The notes: generated by a model not told the origin, from the sequence alone. DNA of 64,000 bases from Octopus sinensis (GCF_006345805.1 NC_043014.1:9734001-9798000); one strand, 5' to 3'. Shown: positions 26,340-40,235, numbered from the stretch's first letter. Made by a program: numbers and translations.

Positions 26340-26770
26340 TTATTGCAGTGTTTGTACTTTTGGCATCTTATTGTAGTAAAAATAGTGATTAACTTGTAAG
26401 AATATTAATTGAATTTATTATAGTATGCTGGTAACTAATAGGTGCAGACGTTTAATAACATTAAGAAATATCTAACTATAGCTGTAGCTACTTTATACTC
26501 TGTGACAGATTGCAGCATATTTATCTAACAAGTTTGTGAAATATAACGGGATTAGGCTTATATAATTTACTTTGTCTGTCTGTGGAACAGTGTCCATTCA
26601 ATAAACTGCTATAGAATGTTTCAACCTGTCCAATACATGTCTTTATCTCTCATATGAGACATGTCTAATTCAATCATTGTAGGTTGGTGAGAGTTTGGAA
26701 TTAATATTTACATGTGTTTTCTGAATTCTTCCATCACAATCTATGTCATATTCCCCTGTATATAATATTC

Positions 26771-26901
26771 TGTGTGGTAAGTAGCTTGCTTACGAACCAC
26801 ATGGTTCTGGGTTCTGGGCAGGTGTCTTCTACTATAGCCTCGGGCCGACCAAAGCCTTGTGAGTGGATTTGGTAGACGGAAACTGAAAGAAGCCCGTCGT
26901 A

Positions 26902-26932
<31 letters not shown>

Positions 26933-27163
26933 GGTTGTGTTTGTGTATGTCTGTGTTTGTCCCCCCAACATCCCTCCCTTGACAACCGATGCTGGTTTCT
27001 TTATGTCCCCGTAACGTAGCGGTTCGGCAAAAGTGACCGATAGAATAAGTACTAGGCTTACAAAGTAATAAGTCCCGGGGTCTATTTGCCCGACTAAAAG
27101 CGTTGCTCCAGCATGGTCGCAGTCAAATGAATGAAACAAGTAAAAGAATAAAAGAATAAAAGA
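26771..27163 (+). mobile_element. SINE family 2
   Basis: Body plus (taaaagaa)n tail. Confidence 0.9.
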
Positions 27164-27732
27164 AAACTTAGATAGTTCACAAATAATAATAAAAAATAAT
27201 TATTGATGTTTTAAGATTTAACTGACCGGATACTCCACCTTTTGTTCAAAATTTATTCATATCAAATGCACCCCAGTTACGTATTCTTCCGCATCTGTCA
27301 TCTATTTAATCCGCTTTCACTCTTATTTTAATTTCTTAGTATATAGCATATGTAAAATGTGATGAATTCCGACATATTTTGCCCTGCTAAAACTTCCGAT
27401 AGATATCTAGAAGAGTATATTTATGTGTCTTACTCTCCATTAAGGATCATCCTATTGTATAGGCACTTGCTGGGTTTCTATAAACAACAGAAAAACTGAT
27501 ACGGTTCACGTTTATTTTGTAAGTTACGTTTTCCAAGTTCTCATTTATAAACAATTATTATTACCTGTTTAATTTTGGTTGTAGAAATGCCTTGATATGG
27601 GTATGTAGCAAGAAACTTTACAATCACGTGGATCCGGGTTCTGTACCAGTATGAGGGAACCTTGCACTAGTGTATTCTGCTATAGCTCCAGGATGATCAA
27701 TGTGTATATGTATATTATAAATGCTAAATTCT

Positions 27733-28421
27733 TATTTCTTTATTGTCCACAAGGAGCTAAACATCGAGGGGAGAAACAAGGACAGACCAAGGGATTAAGT
27801 CGATTACATCATCGACCCCAGTGCGCAGCTGGTATTTAATTTATCGACCCCGAAAGGATGAAAGGCACAGTCGACCTCGGCGGAATTTGAACTCAGAACG
27901 TAGCGATAGACGAAATACCTATTTCTTTACTACCCACAAAAGGCTAAACACAGAGAGGACAAACAAGGACAGGCAGGCAGACAGAGCGATAGACGAAATA
28001 CGTATTTATTTACTACCCACAAAAGGCTAAACACAGAGAGAACAAACAAGGACAGACAGACGGATTAAGTCGATTATATCGACCCCAGTGCGTAACTGGT
28101 ACTTATTTCATCGACCCCGAAAGGATGAAAGGCAAAGTCGACCTCGGCGGAATTTGAACTCGGAACGTAACGGCAGATTTAATACCTATTTCTTTACTAC
28201 CCACAATGGGCTAAACACAGAGAGGACAAACAAGGAGAAACAGACGGATTAAATCGATTACATCATCGACTTCAGTGCGTAGCTGGTACTTAATTTATCG
28301 ACCCCGAAATGATGAAAGGCACAGTCGACCTCGGCGGAATTTGAACTCAGAACGTAGTGATAGACGAAATAGCGCTAAGCGTTTCGCCCGGCGTGCTAAC
28401 GTTTCTGCCAGCTCACCGCCT
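27733..28421 (-). mobile_element. SINE family 1 multimer (~3.5 units)
   Basis: Tandem units bracketed by one TSD, tgctaaattct (27722-27732 / 28422-28432). Confidence 0.9.
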
Positions 28422-28580
28422 TGCTAAATTCTGTGACAGAAGTGCGAAAAACTCCTATGATACAATTTGAATGACTGACTGCAAGGTGCTAATATTTTTC
28501 ACGACTTTGAATGACCCGATTTTCAAATTCAATGACACACAAACAAAAATTACTGTAAAAACCTATAATAAAATTTACAT

Positions 28581-28980
28581 GGCGCAGGAGTGGCTGTGTG
28601 CTAAGTAGCTTGCTAACCACCCACATGGTTCCGGGTTCAGTCCCACTGCGTGGCATCTTGGGCAAGTGTCTTCTACTATAGCCTCGGGCCGACCAAAGCC
28701 TTGTGAGTGGATTTGGTAGACAGAAACTGAAAGAAGCCCGTCGTACATATGTATATACATATATGTGTATGTGCGTGTTTGTGTGTCTGTGTTTGTCCCC
28801 CCAACATCGCTTGACAACCGATGCTGGTGTGGTTACGTCCCCGTAACTTAGCGGTTTGGCAAAAAGAGACCGATAAAATAAGTACTAGGCTTACAAAGAA
28901 TAAGTCCTGGGGTCGATTTGCTCGACCAAAGGCGGTGTTCCAACATGGCCACAGTCACATGACTGAAACAAGTATAAAAA
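28581..28980 (+). mobile_element. SINE family 2, full length
   Basis: Head to tail intact. Confidence 0.92.
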
Positions 28981-29114
28981 ATGGCTGTTTGATGCACACT
29001 GTTAATTTTGCTAAAAGTACTAAAATTTGCAGCTATGTAATTTGTAGATATCATTCCAAAATGAAACACTTGAATATCCTTAAGAGTAAGTGTGTTTGTT
29101 TCTGACATACCGGT

Positions 29115-29300
29115 AACTCAACGACAGCAACTTATAATGACCTGACAGGAGTCTTCTAATTAGGTTTGCGTTGTGTAAATAGAATGGCCGTTTCGCCACG
29201 ACATTCTTTAAGAATCTAGTGCTTGCCCTGGGGGCGACAAGTGAGAGGAAGGAACAAAAGAATCTATCTGATGATGTTGGAGGACATGACAACATCTGAC
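29115..29300 (+). pseudogene. Decayed RTE ORF2 C-terminal remnant
   Basis: Frameshifted QLIMT..LIRF..KNLVLA..RGRNKRIYL resembles the RTE motif RQLxFxGH...LENLVLTGKIEGKRxRGR. Confidence 0.4.
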
Positions 29301-29437
29301 GTTTTATTATTGCCTGCGTTTACACTTAATTTGCCTGGCCATGGATCTATGTTCTAATAAATACAGACATCCCTAGATGCATGCATACATATCGACACAC
29401 ACATTATATACATGTATTGATGTATTTATATATTCAT

Positions 29438-29485
<48 letters not shown>

Positions 29486-29622
29486 GAATAAGTATAGTCA
29501 TCCATACGTTACATGTATAAATAGACACATACATATGTACATACAAACATACAAACATATATACATAAATACATACATTCATACATAAGTATGTAAGTAC
29601 ATACATACATCTACTCCATCCC

Positions 29623-29818
29623 TCTTTTACTCTTCTATTTGTTTTAGTAATTTGACTGCGGCCATGCTGGAGCACCGGCTTTAGTCGATCAAATCGACCC
29701 CATGACTTATTCTTTGTAAGCCTAGTACTAATTCTATCGGTCTCTTTTGCCGAACCGCTAAGTTATGGGGACGTAAACACACCAGCATCAGTTGTCGCAC
29801 ACACACACAAACATACAC

Positions 29819-29852
<34 letters not shown>

Positions 29853-29865
29853 CTATATATATTAT

Positions 29866-29896
<31 letters not shown>

Positions 29897-30323
29897 CGAA
29901 AGAAGGTTTGAAAATGCAATTTAAAATAAAAGATGTTTATTTACTTAACCGGTTTCACTCTTTGGAAAAGATTGTCAAAAGTAACATAGAATATTATGAA
30001 TTCAAAAAAGTTTTTTACATAATTGCCACATAACATGTATATATACAGTCTTTGGTAACAGGGACATGTTAAGGACATAAAGAAGTACAACAGTGTGATG
30101 AGAATATTTGAAAAAATGGGCAGAAAAGAATAAAACAAATATATTATTGGAAGTTTGGTTGCGTTATATATATATATTTCAGTTTCCGTCTACCAGATCC
30201 ACTCACAAGGCTTTGGTCAGCCCGAGGCTATAGTAGAAGACACTTGCCCAAAGTGCCAGGCACTGGGACTAAAACCGGAATTATGTGGTTGGTAAGCAAG
30301 CTACTTACCACACAGCCACTCCT
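29623..30323 (-). mobile_element. SINE family 2 interrupted at its microsatellite by a ~270-bp insert (29897-30166)
   Basis: Tail half 29623-29800 and head half 30177-30323. Confidence 0.85.
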
Positions 30324-30651
30324 TTATGATATGTTTCGATACACGAATTCCCATCAAAAATATTGCTAGCCAGATCCAAATACGAAGATTTTTACGTTTT
30401 GGTATAACTATTTTCATAGTAAATATCATGTTTCTAACGAAATATACGATACCATTAAAAAGAAAAATTATCCCAAAATGAAAATAATTCAACCGTAACG
30501 TGAATGATGATTCAGTACCAATCATTGCTCAAGTAAAACGGTGGTAGGCCTGAATTTGATGTTTACTTCCGAAATTAAAATCACGATAAACCTGGAGAAT
30601 GGCGACTGCTACTTCGAAATATCTAAATTCGCATTTGTAGCCAAAATAATC

Positions 30652-31069
30652 AGGCGGCGAGCTGGCAGAGTCGGTAGCACGCCGGGCAAAATGCTTAGTG
30701 GTATTTCGTCTGCCGTTACGCTCTGACTTCAAATTCCGCCGAGATCGACTTTGCCTTTCATCCTTTCGGGGTCGATTAAATAGGTACCAGCTACGCACTG
30801 GGTTCGATATAATCGACTTAATCCTTGTGTCTGTCGTTGTTTGTCCCCTCTGTGTTTAGCTCCTTGTGGGTAATAAAGAAATAGGTATTTCGTCTGCCGT
30901 TACGCTCTGAGTTCAAATTCCGCCGAGATCGACTTTGCCTTTCATCCTTTCGGGGTCGATTAAATAGGTACCAGCTACGCACTGGTTTCGATATAATCGA
31001 CTTAATCCGTGTGTCTGTCGTTGTTTGTCCCTTCTGTGTTTAGCCCCTTGCGGGTAGTAAAGAAATAGG
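30652..31069 (+). mobile_element. SINE family 1 dimer
   Basis: Head plus two bodies, junction gaaataggtatttc; ataatc on both flanks. Confidence 0.9.
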
Positions 31070-31307
31070 ATAATCGTGTGATCATAATGATGTCGTAAAT
31101 GCAAAGCTGAAACAAGTGGTCGAAGATAATGTAAAGCTAACAAATTGTACAGTTATAATATGCGAAGTTCTCAAAATGTCCACCAGGTAAGCTTGTGCAG
31201 CTGGCATTATTGACACACTAGAAATATACCATTGATAGTTTGAAAATAGCTTTATGATAATAAGCAATGATAAATCTCTGAACGAGATATAAACAGTAAC
31301 TGCACGA

Positions 31308-31725
31308 CAATGTGAGGTATACTTGCCATCTCAATATGGCTAACCACTAAGGGTGGGTGTTACTGTAGCTTGTAGCCCCAGGAGAACATCGTCTCCAGCT
31401 GGCTTTATTATTGCTTGCATACAGTTTTTCGAGATTAGTGACGAAAAGTTACTGGAAGAACGATATAAGGATTTGCATTGGAACACCTTTTCATCGAAAA
31501 CCGGTGATTGTCGTACGCTGAGGACAGGTAAAAACCTAGAATCTAAAGTCCGTGCGTATCACTTAGGTTGACGAGGGAAGGGTGACCTCCCTTTGCAAAT
31601 ACCATAAGGGCACAGAAAGTGTTCCAATAGCCAGCTGGAGGAGATGTTCTCCTGGGGCTAGAAGCTACAGTAACACTCACCCTTAGTGGTTAGCCATATT
31701 GAGATGGCAAGTATACCTCACATTG
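31308..31725. mobile_element. Element with 97-bp terminal inverted repeats and an internal hammerhead fold
   Basis: Arms 31308-31404 and 31629-31725; cgtacg CTGAGGA c-aggt-aaaa-acct-a GAAt ctaaa GTC cgtgcg at 31512-31556. Confidence 0.8.
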
Positions 31726-31973
31726 ATAAAGATAAGGTTTATGTGTGTATATTCAGATATACGCACACACACACACTCACACAGAATGAAATAGATGTAT
31801 ATATATTCTGTTTTTGATATGAAGTTAGAGTTACTAATGTGCAGCGTAGCTATTGCTTTTAATTAATAACGAACGAATGTTTCAACTAAAAGACAAACGT
31901 GATTTCCATTTGAAATGCATAAGTACATATATATGTGTGTAGGTCTGTCTGAAAGAATAACTGTGCATACGTT

Positions 31974-32010
<37 letters not shown>

Positions 32011-32345
32011 TATTTATGTGTATAAAATATTTATCCATTCTGAATGAAGAATGTCTTCTGTCTGCATAATAAAATATACAACTATGTACGTAAATATCGG
32101 CATTTTAAGAAAAACAGTATATATTAGCAATGTAAATTTTTAATAACTTAGACGTTGCTCACGAGTCCGATATTCAATGACACTTTGCCTATATTCGATG
32201 ATAGGTCCCACTCAATTTACGCGACTTTAAACAGCGTACAGTTGTAATTACAGGATTGTACACAAACGCACACATGTAAAGGTATGTGTAAGTATGTGTG
32301 TGAATGTGAGGCTGAGTATATATACACATATACATACGAATACAG

Positions 32346-32576
32346 AAGGCGGCGAGCTGGCAGAAACGTTTGCACGCCGGGCGAAATGCGTAGCCGTATT
32401 TCGTCCGCCGTTACGTTGTGAGTTCAAATTCCGCCGAGGTCGACTTTGCCTTTCATCCTTTCGGGGTCGATAAATTAAGTTCCAGTTACGCACTGGGGTC
32501 GATGTAATCGACTTGATCCGTTTGTCTGTCCTTTTTTCCCCCTCGGTGTTTAGCCCCTTATGGGTAGTAAAGAAAT
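32346..32576 (+). mobile_element. SINE family 1 monomer
   Basis: Full length; flanking direct repeat atatacatacgaataca. Confidence 0.9.
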
Positions 32577-32671
32577 ATATACATACGAATACACACAAAC
32601 AGATGTAAATATATATATAATATATACTAATACGTATTCATTATAACTGTCTGACGAACGAGAACGTGATT

Positions 32672-32703
<32 letters not shown>

Positions 32704-33159
32704 GAGAGAGAGATGGATAGATATAGATATATATACGTCGGCAGTTTGGAATACTTGTTGACGTATATCAAAACATATGTATAAAGAGATTAGAATACGT
32801 ATTTAGTTATTGATTAGAAAATTTCGTTTCAAACAACAGTGTGATTCGAACGTGCAGTAGCTTCTAACAAATTCAAATATGATAATAAAACATATTCACG
32901 AAGAATATTTATGTATATCCATACTGTATATTCGACTGATATATATTCTTTAACTTATTTTACGTTCTATTTGTCAAGATCGAATGTAAGTTCTTTAAAA
33001 ACTGCTCAATAAAGCCCGTGTTTATCCGTATTCATCATGCACACACGGATACACACGGAGACGGCCACAACATTATATAAATATACACAATTTCTCTATG
33101 CTTTCTTAATATGTATGTGTTCGTTTTCAAGTGTGCATGCCTCTGTGTAACCGGGGGTG

Positions 33160-33191
<32 letters not shown>

Positions 33192-33194
<3 letters not shown>

Positions 33195-33586
33195 TTATAT
33201 ATAAAAGAGAAGTTGTGTGTCTCTCCTACGATTTAGATTCCTAACTACTCCAACATTTTGCGGTGCAGTTTAACCAAAAGCGGGTATCTTATAGTCGTGA
33301 TTCATATCGAGCCCTTCTGGGTATTAGCGCGCGTCTACGATGAGTCTACGATTTAAAAAAAGTTACCATCATTTTTTCCCATTTTAATGCCATTTTTTCG
33401 CTATTATATAAGGGGAAGTAACTCTCTAAAATGTCTACGATGAGTCAACGATTTAAAAAAAATTTACCATCATTGTTTTTCCATTTTAATGCATTTTTTT
33501 TTGCTATGTTTTGGCTATAACTCTCTAAAAATGCTTATATAGTTATATCCCTTACAAACCCGAGCAACGCCGGGTGATACTGCTAG
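33192..33586 (+). mobile_element. Non-autonomous Helitron
   Basis: A|TC start, subterminal cccgagcaacgccggg, CTAG|T end; internal ~90-bp duplication. Confidence 0.88.
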
Positions 33587-34349
33587 TATATATATATATA
33601 TGTATATATATGCGTGCATTGCATTATATGACACACAGGTTCACACAAGCAGGCTCATGGATAAACGCCCTCGCAGACATCCATGCCAATATATACACAC
33701 ACAGGTACACGCGAAAGATCTCTCACTTTCTTCTCTTTCTGCCTCTGAGACTGTCACTATGTACATGTGAATACGCAAGCGTGCGTGCTTCACCGAAACC
33801 TTGGCTGACTGCATATCTGTATAAGTATTACATAATACGATTTTTATAGAGGAGCAATATCTTATTCGTGTTCATTTGAAGTTCCCTTTCATTGTGCAAT
33901 AAACATTGCCATGGAGTATTTATATAATATATCAAACAAAGACTTATGTGAATATACCACAGATGAATCCGACGAATATTTTCCTTGATATGAACAGCGA
34001 ATTATGTCATATAATGTTTTCTCAACAGAAAATTACTTGATATAAAGCCCTCTAAAATGCAGAGCATGTAAGCGATATGTGACTATTGATAGTAAAAGCT
34101 GTAAGAAAAATGCGCAGCTAAATGTGTATATTATGTAACTATTGGGGGATATAAAGTTGCAGATAAAATTTTATAATATACCGCAAGAGACAGGGGCGTA
34201 GAGAAAATATTTCCAAATCAAATAAGTTCCGGTTTCGTCGTTTTGGATTCATAGCTCTACCCAACCTCTCTCCCTGTATAATCTTTGTTAACTTACACTC
34301 ACACACACAGGCAAAGACACACATACAGGCACACACACACATGCATATA

Positions 34350-34400
<51 letters not shown>

Positions 34401-34451
34401 CTGTGTGTGTGTGTTTGTGTGTCTGTGTGTCTGTGTTTCTGTGTTTGTGTC

Positions 34452-34491
<40 letters not shown>

Positions 34492-35029
34492 CCCAAAAAC
34501 GTACATACAACACATACATAAGCGAGCATACGCACACAATGTCGCTCACTCATATAAATTCATATACGAATATGTACCTATCCGTTTTACACATGTATAC
34601 GTACGTACATACACATATACATACATACATACATACATACATACATACATAAATGAATACATATCCATACGTAGAACATAAAACCATCTGCTGATTCTAC
34701 ATAAAACGTGTCTGCTGGCATGGAGAGATCGGGGTCAGACTGCTTCTTTGCTAATCCACAGATCAAGCAAAATGGAACTCAAAGCAATAACCACTCCCCT
34801 CTCAGACAACACATGACAATAAAAACCAAACTATAAAAACACGAAGCCCACAATAAACCTGCAGTTAAAAAAGATCACCAAGAAGCTGTATATGGATACA
34901 GTGCAAGCAGCAGTGGTAGAATATCAAAACTCTTTTAGATGCCACTCACAAGATAGTGCAGGAGTTCTCATGATTAAATTAAAATTAAGTCTGTAGACCA
35001 ACATAGATAACCTCTACAAGTAACACAAT

Positions 35030-35191
35030 ACGCAGGAGTGGCTGTGTGGTAAGTAGCTGGCTTACCAACCACATGGTTCCGGGTTCAGTCCCACTGCGTG
35101 GCATCTTGGGCAGGTGTCTTCTGCTATAGCCTCGGCCCGACCAAAGACTTGCGAGTGGATTTGGTAGACGGAAACTGAAAGAAGCCCGTCG

Positions 35192-35240
<49 letters not shown>

Positions 35241-35456
35241 TTGTGTTCTGTGTTTGTCCCTCTAGCATTCCTTGACAACCGATGCTGGTGTGTTTACGTC
35301 CCCGTCACTTAGCGGTTCGGCAAAACATACCGATAGAATAAGTACTGGGCTTACAAAGAATAAGTCCCGGGGTCGATTTGCTCGATTAAAGGCGGTGCTC
35401 CAGCATGGCCGCAGTCAAATGACTGAAACAAGTAAGAGAGTAAAAGAGAAAAGAGT
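35030..35456 (+). mobile_element. SINE family 2, full length
   Basis: Head to tail. Confidence 0.92.
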
Positions 35457-35634
35457 ATACGGTTGATCAAAATTTCCGGCAAGCCCTACATCTATGGTCT
35501 CATAAATATCAGAGGCATCTTACAAAGCCACACCCACAGGAAGATTATGTACCTGACCCGACTCGTTAGTACGCCGGTTAAAATATTTTGTCAGTCTCTT
35601 TCTCTCTCTCTCTCCCTCTCTCTCTTACTCTCTA

Positions 35635-35735
35635 ACTCTTTACTCTTTTACTTTTTCAGTCATCTGACTGCGGCCATGCTGGAGCACCACCTTTAGTCGA
35701 GCAAATTGACCCCAGGACTTATCTTTGTAAGCCCA
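35635..35735 (-). mobile_element. SINE family 2 tail, cut by the gap
   Basis: Tail sequence runs into the Ns. Confidence 0.85.
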
Positions 35736-35835
35736 NNNNNNNNNNNNNNNNNNNNNNNNNNNNNNNNNNNNNNNNNNNNNNNNNNNNNNNNNNNNNNNNN
35801 NNNNNNNNNNNNNNNNNNNNNNNNNNNNNNNNNNN
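35736..35835. other. Assembly gap (100 N)
   Basis: Run of N. Confidence 1.
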
Positions 35836-35872
35836 AGTATATACATATATATATATATATATGAGTATATAC

Positions 35873-35905
<33 letters not shown>

Positions 35906-35920
35906 ATGAGTATACATATA

Positions 35921-35977
<57 letters not shown>

Positions 35978-36870
35978 ATCCAGAAACAGACAGAGACCCA
36001 TTCACACGCCCACACATAGACATACATTTATATGTATGTAATGCAGCAATGAATAATAAACGTACGTACTATCCACATACAATACAAATATACGTTTTGT
36101 TTATCATTGTACTTCAGCTTTCTATGAGAGAAATGATATCAGTATGAACTGCCTAATTGATTTGTAGTCTACAGGCAATCATGACCAGATTGCATCTGAT
36201 TTGTTTTATAGGTGAAGAGGAAAAATTAATTATTTGTAAGGAATCATTCTAGGAAATTACTGTAAGATTACTGTAGACAGAATATAGTTTGGATGCTATT
36301 TATTGTATTCTGCAATTTTCATTTCGGGACCAGATATAATTTGCGAGATCGGTGTCATTGTTTCTAATGGCTTTGGCAGATGAATCTTTGTGACTATAAA
36401 ACTCGTTATAACTGTAAGATATTTGCATATCAGCTTTCACAAGTTAGCGTGGGAGGCGATCAAGAAGAAGGCATCCCTCTGGACAAGTACTTTAACTAAT
36501 CGGTGTACAAATAGGTGACCTATATGTATGTAAGTCGTTTTTCTAGAGAGAAAATAATTGATATACCTGCAAGTATTTGTTTGAGGTTGGTATGTGTAGA
36601 TTAAGGTAATTTAGTTGTTTATATATTAAAAAAGATTATGGCAGTCCTCAGTGAGCGTGAAATACGGATGTGGGCCTGATTTTGTAGTATCTTCGGTCTG
36701 TGCTTCACTTTTCCTTTCAATTCAAAGCTAGCATGTCTAACTTTGTGACGATCATCATTTAATCAATGTTCACTCCAAGAAAATATATAAATATAATTAT
36801 CGATCTATCTTTCAAACTACCTATACCTTTTTATCAAACCATATACACACACACCACACACACACTTCTG

Positions 36871-36939
<69 letters not shown>

Positions 36940-36940
<1 letters not shown>

Positions 36941-37173
36941 CGGAGTAACACATAAATGTGAAACAAGGTGGAAAAAAAGAGTACTCAAATACCAGTGGTA
37001 GAGTAATATGCTTTATTTAAAGCAGCAGAAAATTCTACAAAACCTGTTACTCTGAGTTTCACGTTGCCGTTCATCGGACAGTTTTTGCTAGAATCTAGCA
37101 AAACTGTCCGATGAACGGCAACGTGAAACTCAGAGTAACAGGTTTGTAGAATTTTCTGGTGCTTTAAATAAAG
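36940..37173. mobile_element. Fold-back mini-element family B, second copy
   Basis: Palindrome 37011-37173; CCGATGA 37108-37114, GAAAC 37125-37129, GTA 37135-37137. Confidence 0.85.
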
Positions 37174-37351
37174 TAAATATATATATATATATATTATATA
37201 TATATATATATAATGAGGGAGTGATACTGGGAGTGTGTGAGAGAGAGAGGAAGAAAGAGATACAGGAACATACTGAAAGGTAGATGTTATTGCATGTGAT
37301 CATATGTGCGTAACTGTGAATGGAATCATAGAAATTCGTGAAATTTGTGCG

Positions 37352-37428
<77 letters not shown>

Positions 37429-37441
37429 ATATATATATGTA

Positions 37442-37478
<37 letters not shown>

Positions 37479-37938
37479 ATATTCATATGCTGTGCGGTAT
37501 TTATTACTATATAGCGTACGAATGCAACAGTTTCTCGGGAGATTTTAAAATGTAACCCCAATTTTGTGGTCACCTACTCTCTGAAATCAAATTTTATCCT
37601 GTCCCAATAGGTTATCTTTTCTGATGCATCGTCAGAAGAACTCTGATCCTCAGTGGATTTTACATTCCTTAACAATTCAAACTCAGTCCATAGATACCGT
37701 CTAACATATATGTGAAGGAGTGACACGGTGGCTGGAAAGTACATTCATCTGAAGAATAATTTTGTAATATATTCTAAGCATTTTCAAAAGCCACACCCCA
37801 CTCACACAACCCCATCGAATGTCAATACATTCATAGCAGCGTATATCTTTCTATCTTCCAATCTGTTTATCTTTCTATCTATTTATGTATGTATATATAT
37901 ATATATATAAATATATATATGCTAACCTTTTGCGTATA

Positions 37939-37976
<38 letters not shown>

Positions 37977-37994
37977 TATATGCTAATCTTTTGC

Positions 37995-38057
<63 letters not shown>

Positions 38058-38058
38058 T

Positions 38059-38271
38059 ATGAAAGAATGGAGTTGAACGACGAATTAACAAAATAAAGGA
38101 ATTTTGTTAATTCGTCGTTCAACTCCATTCTTTCATATATTATATTAAAAAAAAAACATACAAATTTCCATACGAAAGCACGTAACTTCAAACGTGTCTT
38201 CTCTGATGTGAATTTGCTACCAGGTATCGGTTAACCGAATTATCCATAACAAGATAATTCATTCAACTACT

Positions 38272-38275
<4 letters not shown>
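38059..38275. mobile_element. Fold-back mini-element family A (short palindrome plus tail)
   Basis: Hairpin 38059-38136; tail is the reverse complement of 60580-60720. Confidence 0.8.
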
Positions 38276-38310
<35 letters not shown>

Positions 38311-38368
38311 GCGCACACAAGAAGGTGTTTGTATATACCTACACATATGTAAATATATAGTTATGCGT

Positions 38369-38435
<67 letters not shown>

Positions 38436-38807
38436 CGTATGGTTGTATGTGTGTGTGTGTGTATGAATATGTATGAGTTTCTCACAAACATTCAAATCTC
38501 CACCGTTGGGATGTATATGAAAAAAAGAAATTTCACAAGTTGAACATGGTCAATATCTTTCCTGTTGTTACTGATAAGTTTTCTGATTGTATGTGTAAAA
38601 TGCGTGCTAGATGGTTGATTTCTTTTACTGAGAAACATTAGCCTGTCCCTTTAGTTGTCTCTTACACATTAGTAACAAAGCTGGCTCGCCTTATTTGCTT
38701 TAGTATAGATGTGGATGCATAACGTGGTAAACTTTTGATTTCACAGCCAAGTATAACCCTATATATTTCATATCGTTTTCGTTCCAGTTGAACATTGGAG
38801 AATATAT

Positions 38808-39249
38808 ATTTCTTTATTGCCCACAGGGAGCTAAACATAGAGGGGACAAACAAGGACATACAAAGGGTTTCAGTCGATTACATCTACCCCGGTGTGTAAC
38901 TGGTCCTTATTTAATCGACCCCGAAAGGATGAAAAGCAAAGAAAGACTTGATTTGAACCTACTATGTTTTATAGTATTTTAGTCTTTTACTAGTTTCAAT
39001 CATTTAACTGCGGCCATGCTGGTGCACCGCCTTTCGTTGTGAAAATTCACCCCAGGACTTATTCTTTGTTAGCTTAGTACTTATTCTATCCGTCTCTTTT
39101 GCCGAACTGCTAAGTTATGGAGACATAAACAAACCAGTATTGGTTGTCAAGCTATGTTAGGGGGACACACAAACACACATATATATATACACATGTACAT
39201 ATATACGACGGGCTAAGCATTTCACCCGGCTTGCTAACGATTCTGCCCG
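38808..39249 (-). mobile_element. SINE family 1 interrupted by a SINE family 2 fragment (38983-39213)
   Basis: Family 1 tail half 38808-38940, head remnant 39212-39249. Confidence 0.75.
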
Positions 39250-39881
39250 GAGAATATATGCGCTGGAAGTAATTAATGAGCGTCGACATTGTGTTGCGAA
39301 ACGGTCAATGTGTAACTAGTAGTTCCTGGAATTCAGCAGTGTACTCATTACTAGTACCAAAGAGAAACGAATTAGTCGGTGCTAAATTTTGGTTGTTGAT
39401 GACGGTTTCCCTGTGAAGTTGTTGAAGTGTCCACCGTAGGATATTTTCGAAAATTGGGGCATACTTCTGAAGACAGAGGGAGAAACTAGATATATTAGTG
39501 CGAAAGGCGTTATCTAAAATTTCTGGTAGTTGATGTAAGAACCATTGCTTTGATAGGTGACTTTGTAAACTTGAAGGGAGCGGAGGGGGGAGGTACTGCA
39601 GCTTTAATCGTGTATGTGCAAGGGTTTACGAACCATATGAAATAGAAAAGCTTTATCTTGGCTGTGAGTTATCCGGTGTGCACAGTGTGGATGTGGATGT
39701 AAAACAGGGAACGAATATATAGGATTTTAAGCATGAGTATATTTCGTTGAACACTCACTGAAAAATTGTGGAAAGTATTTGCTTGTAGTAACGAGAGGAA
39801 CACTTGTGTAAACATCAAACCACTGGTGACCCTAGATCGGAAAGATGACATACGCTCTATATGTACCATGCGTAATTGCAG

Positions 39882-39992
39882 GCTTACTCATTCTATCGTT
39901 CTCTTTGGCCGAATAGCTAAGTTACGGGGACGTAAACACACCAGCATCAGTTATCAATCGATGTTGGCGGGAAAACACAGACACACAAACGT

Positions 39993-40061
<69 letters not shown>

Positions 40062-40235
40062 CATACATATATACGACGGGCTTCTTTCAGTTTCCGTCTA
40101 CCAAATCCACTCACAAGGCTTTGGTCGTCCCGCAGCTATAGTAGAAGACACTTGCCCAAGGTGCCACGCAGTAGGACTGAACCCGGAACCATATGGTTCG
40201 TAAGCAAGCTACTTACCACACAGCCACTCCTACGC
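39882..40235 (-). mobile_element. SINE family 2 (tail lost)
   Basis: Head and body match. Confidence 0.88.

Noticed and set aside
29111-29229. Apparent minus-strand exon with a good acceptor and GTATGT donor
   Set aside because: No recognisable protein and no partner exons; the opposite strand fits a decayed RTE end better.
34700-39620. Possible ancient retroelement coding remnants at 34700-34980, 36200-36720 and 39350-39620
   Set aside because: No diagnostic motif could be read with confidence.
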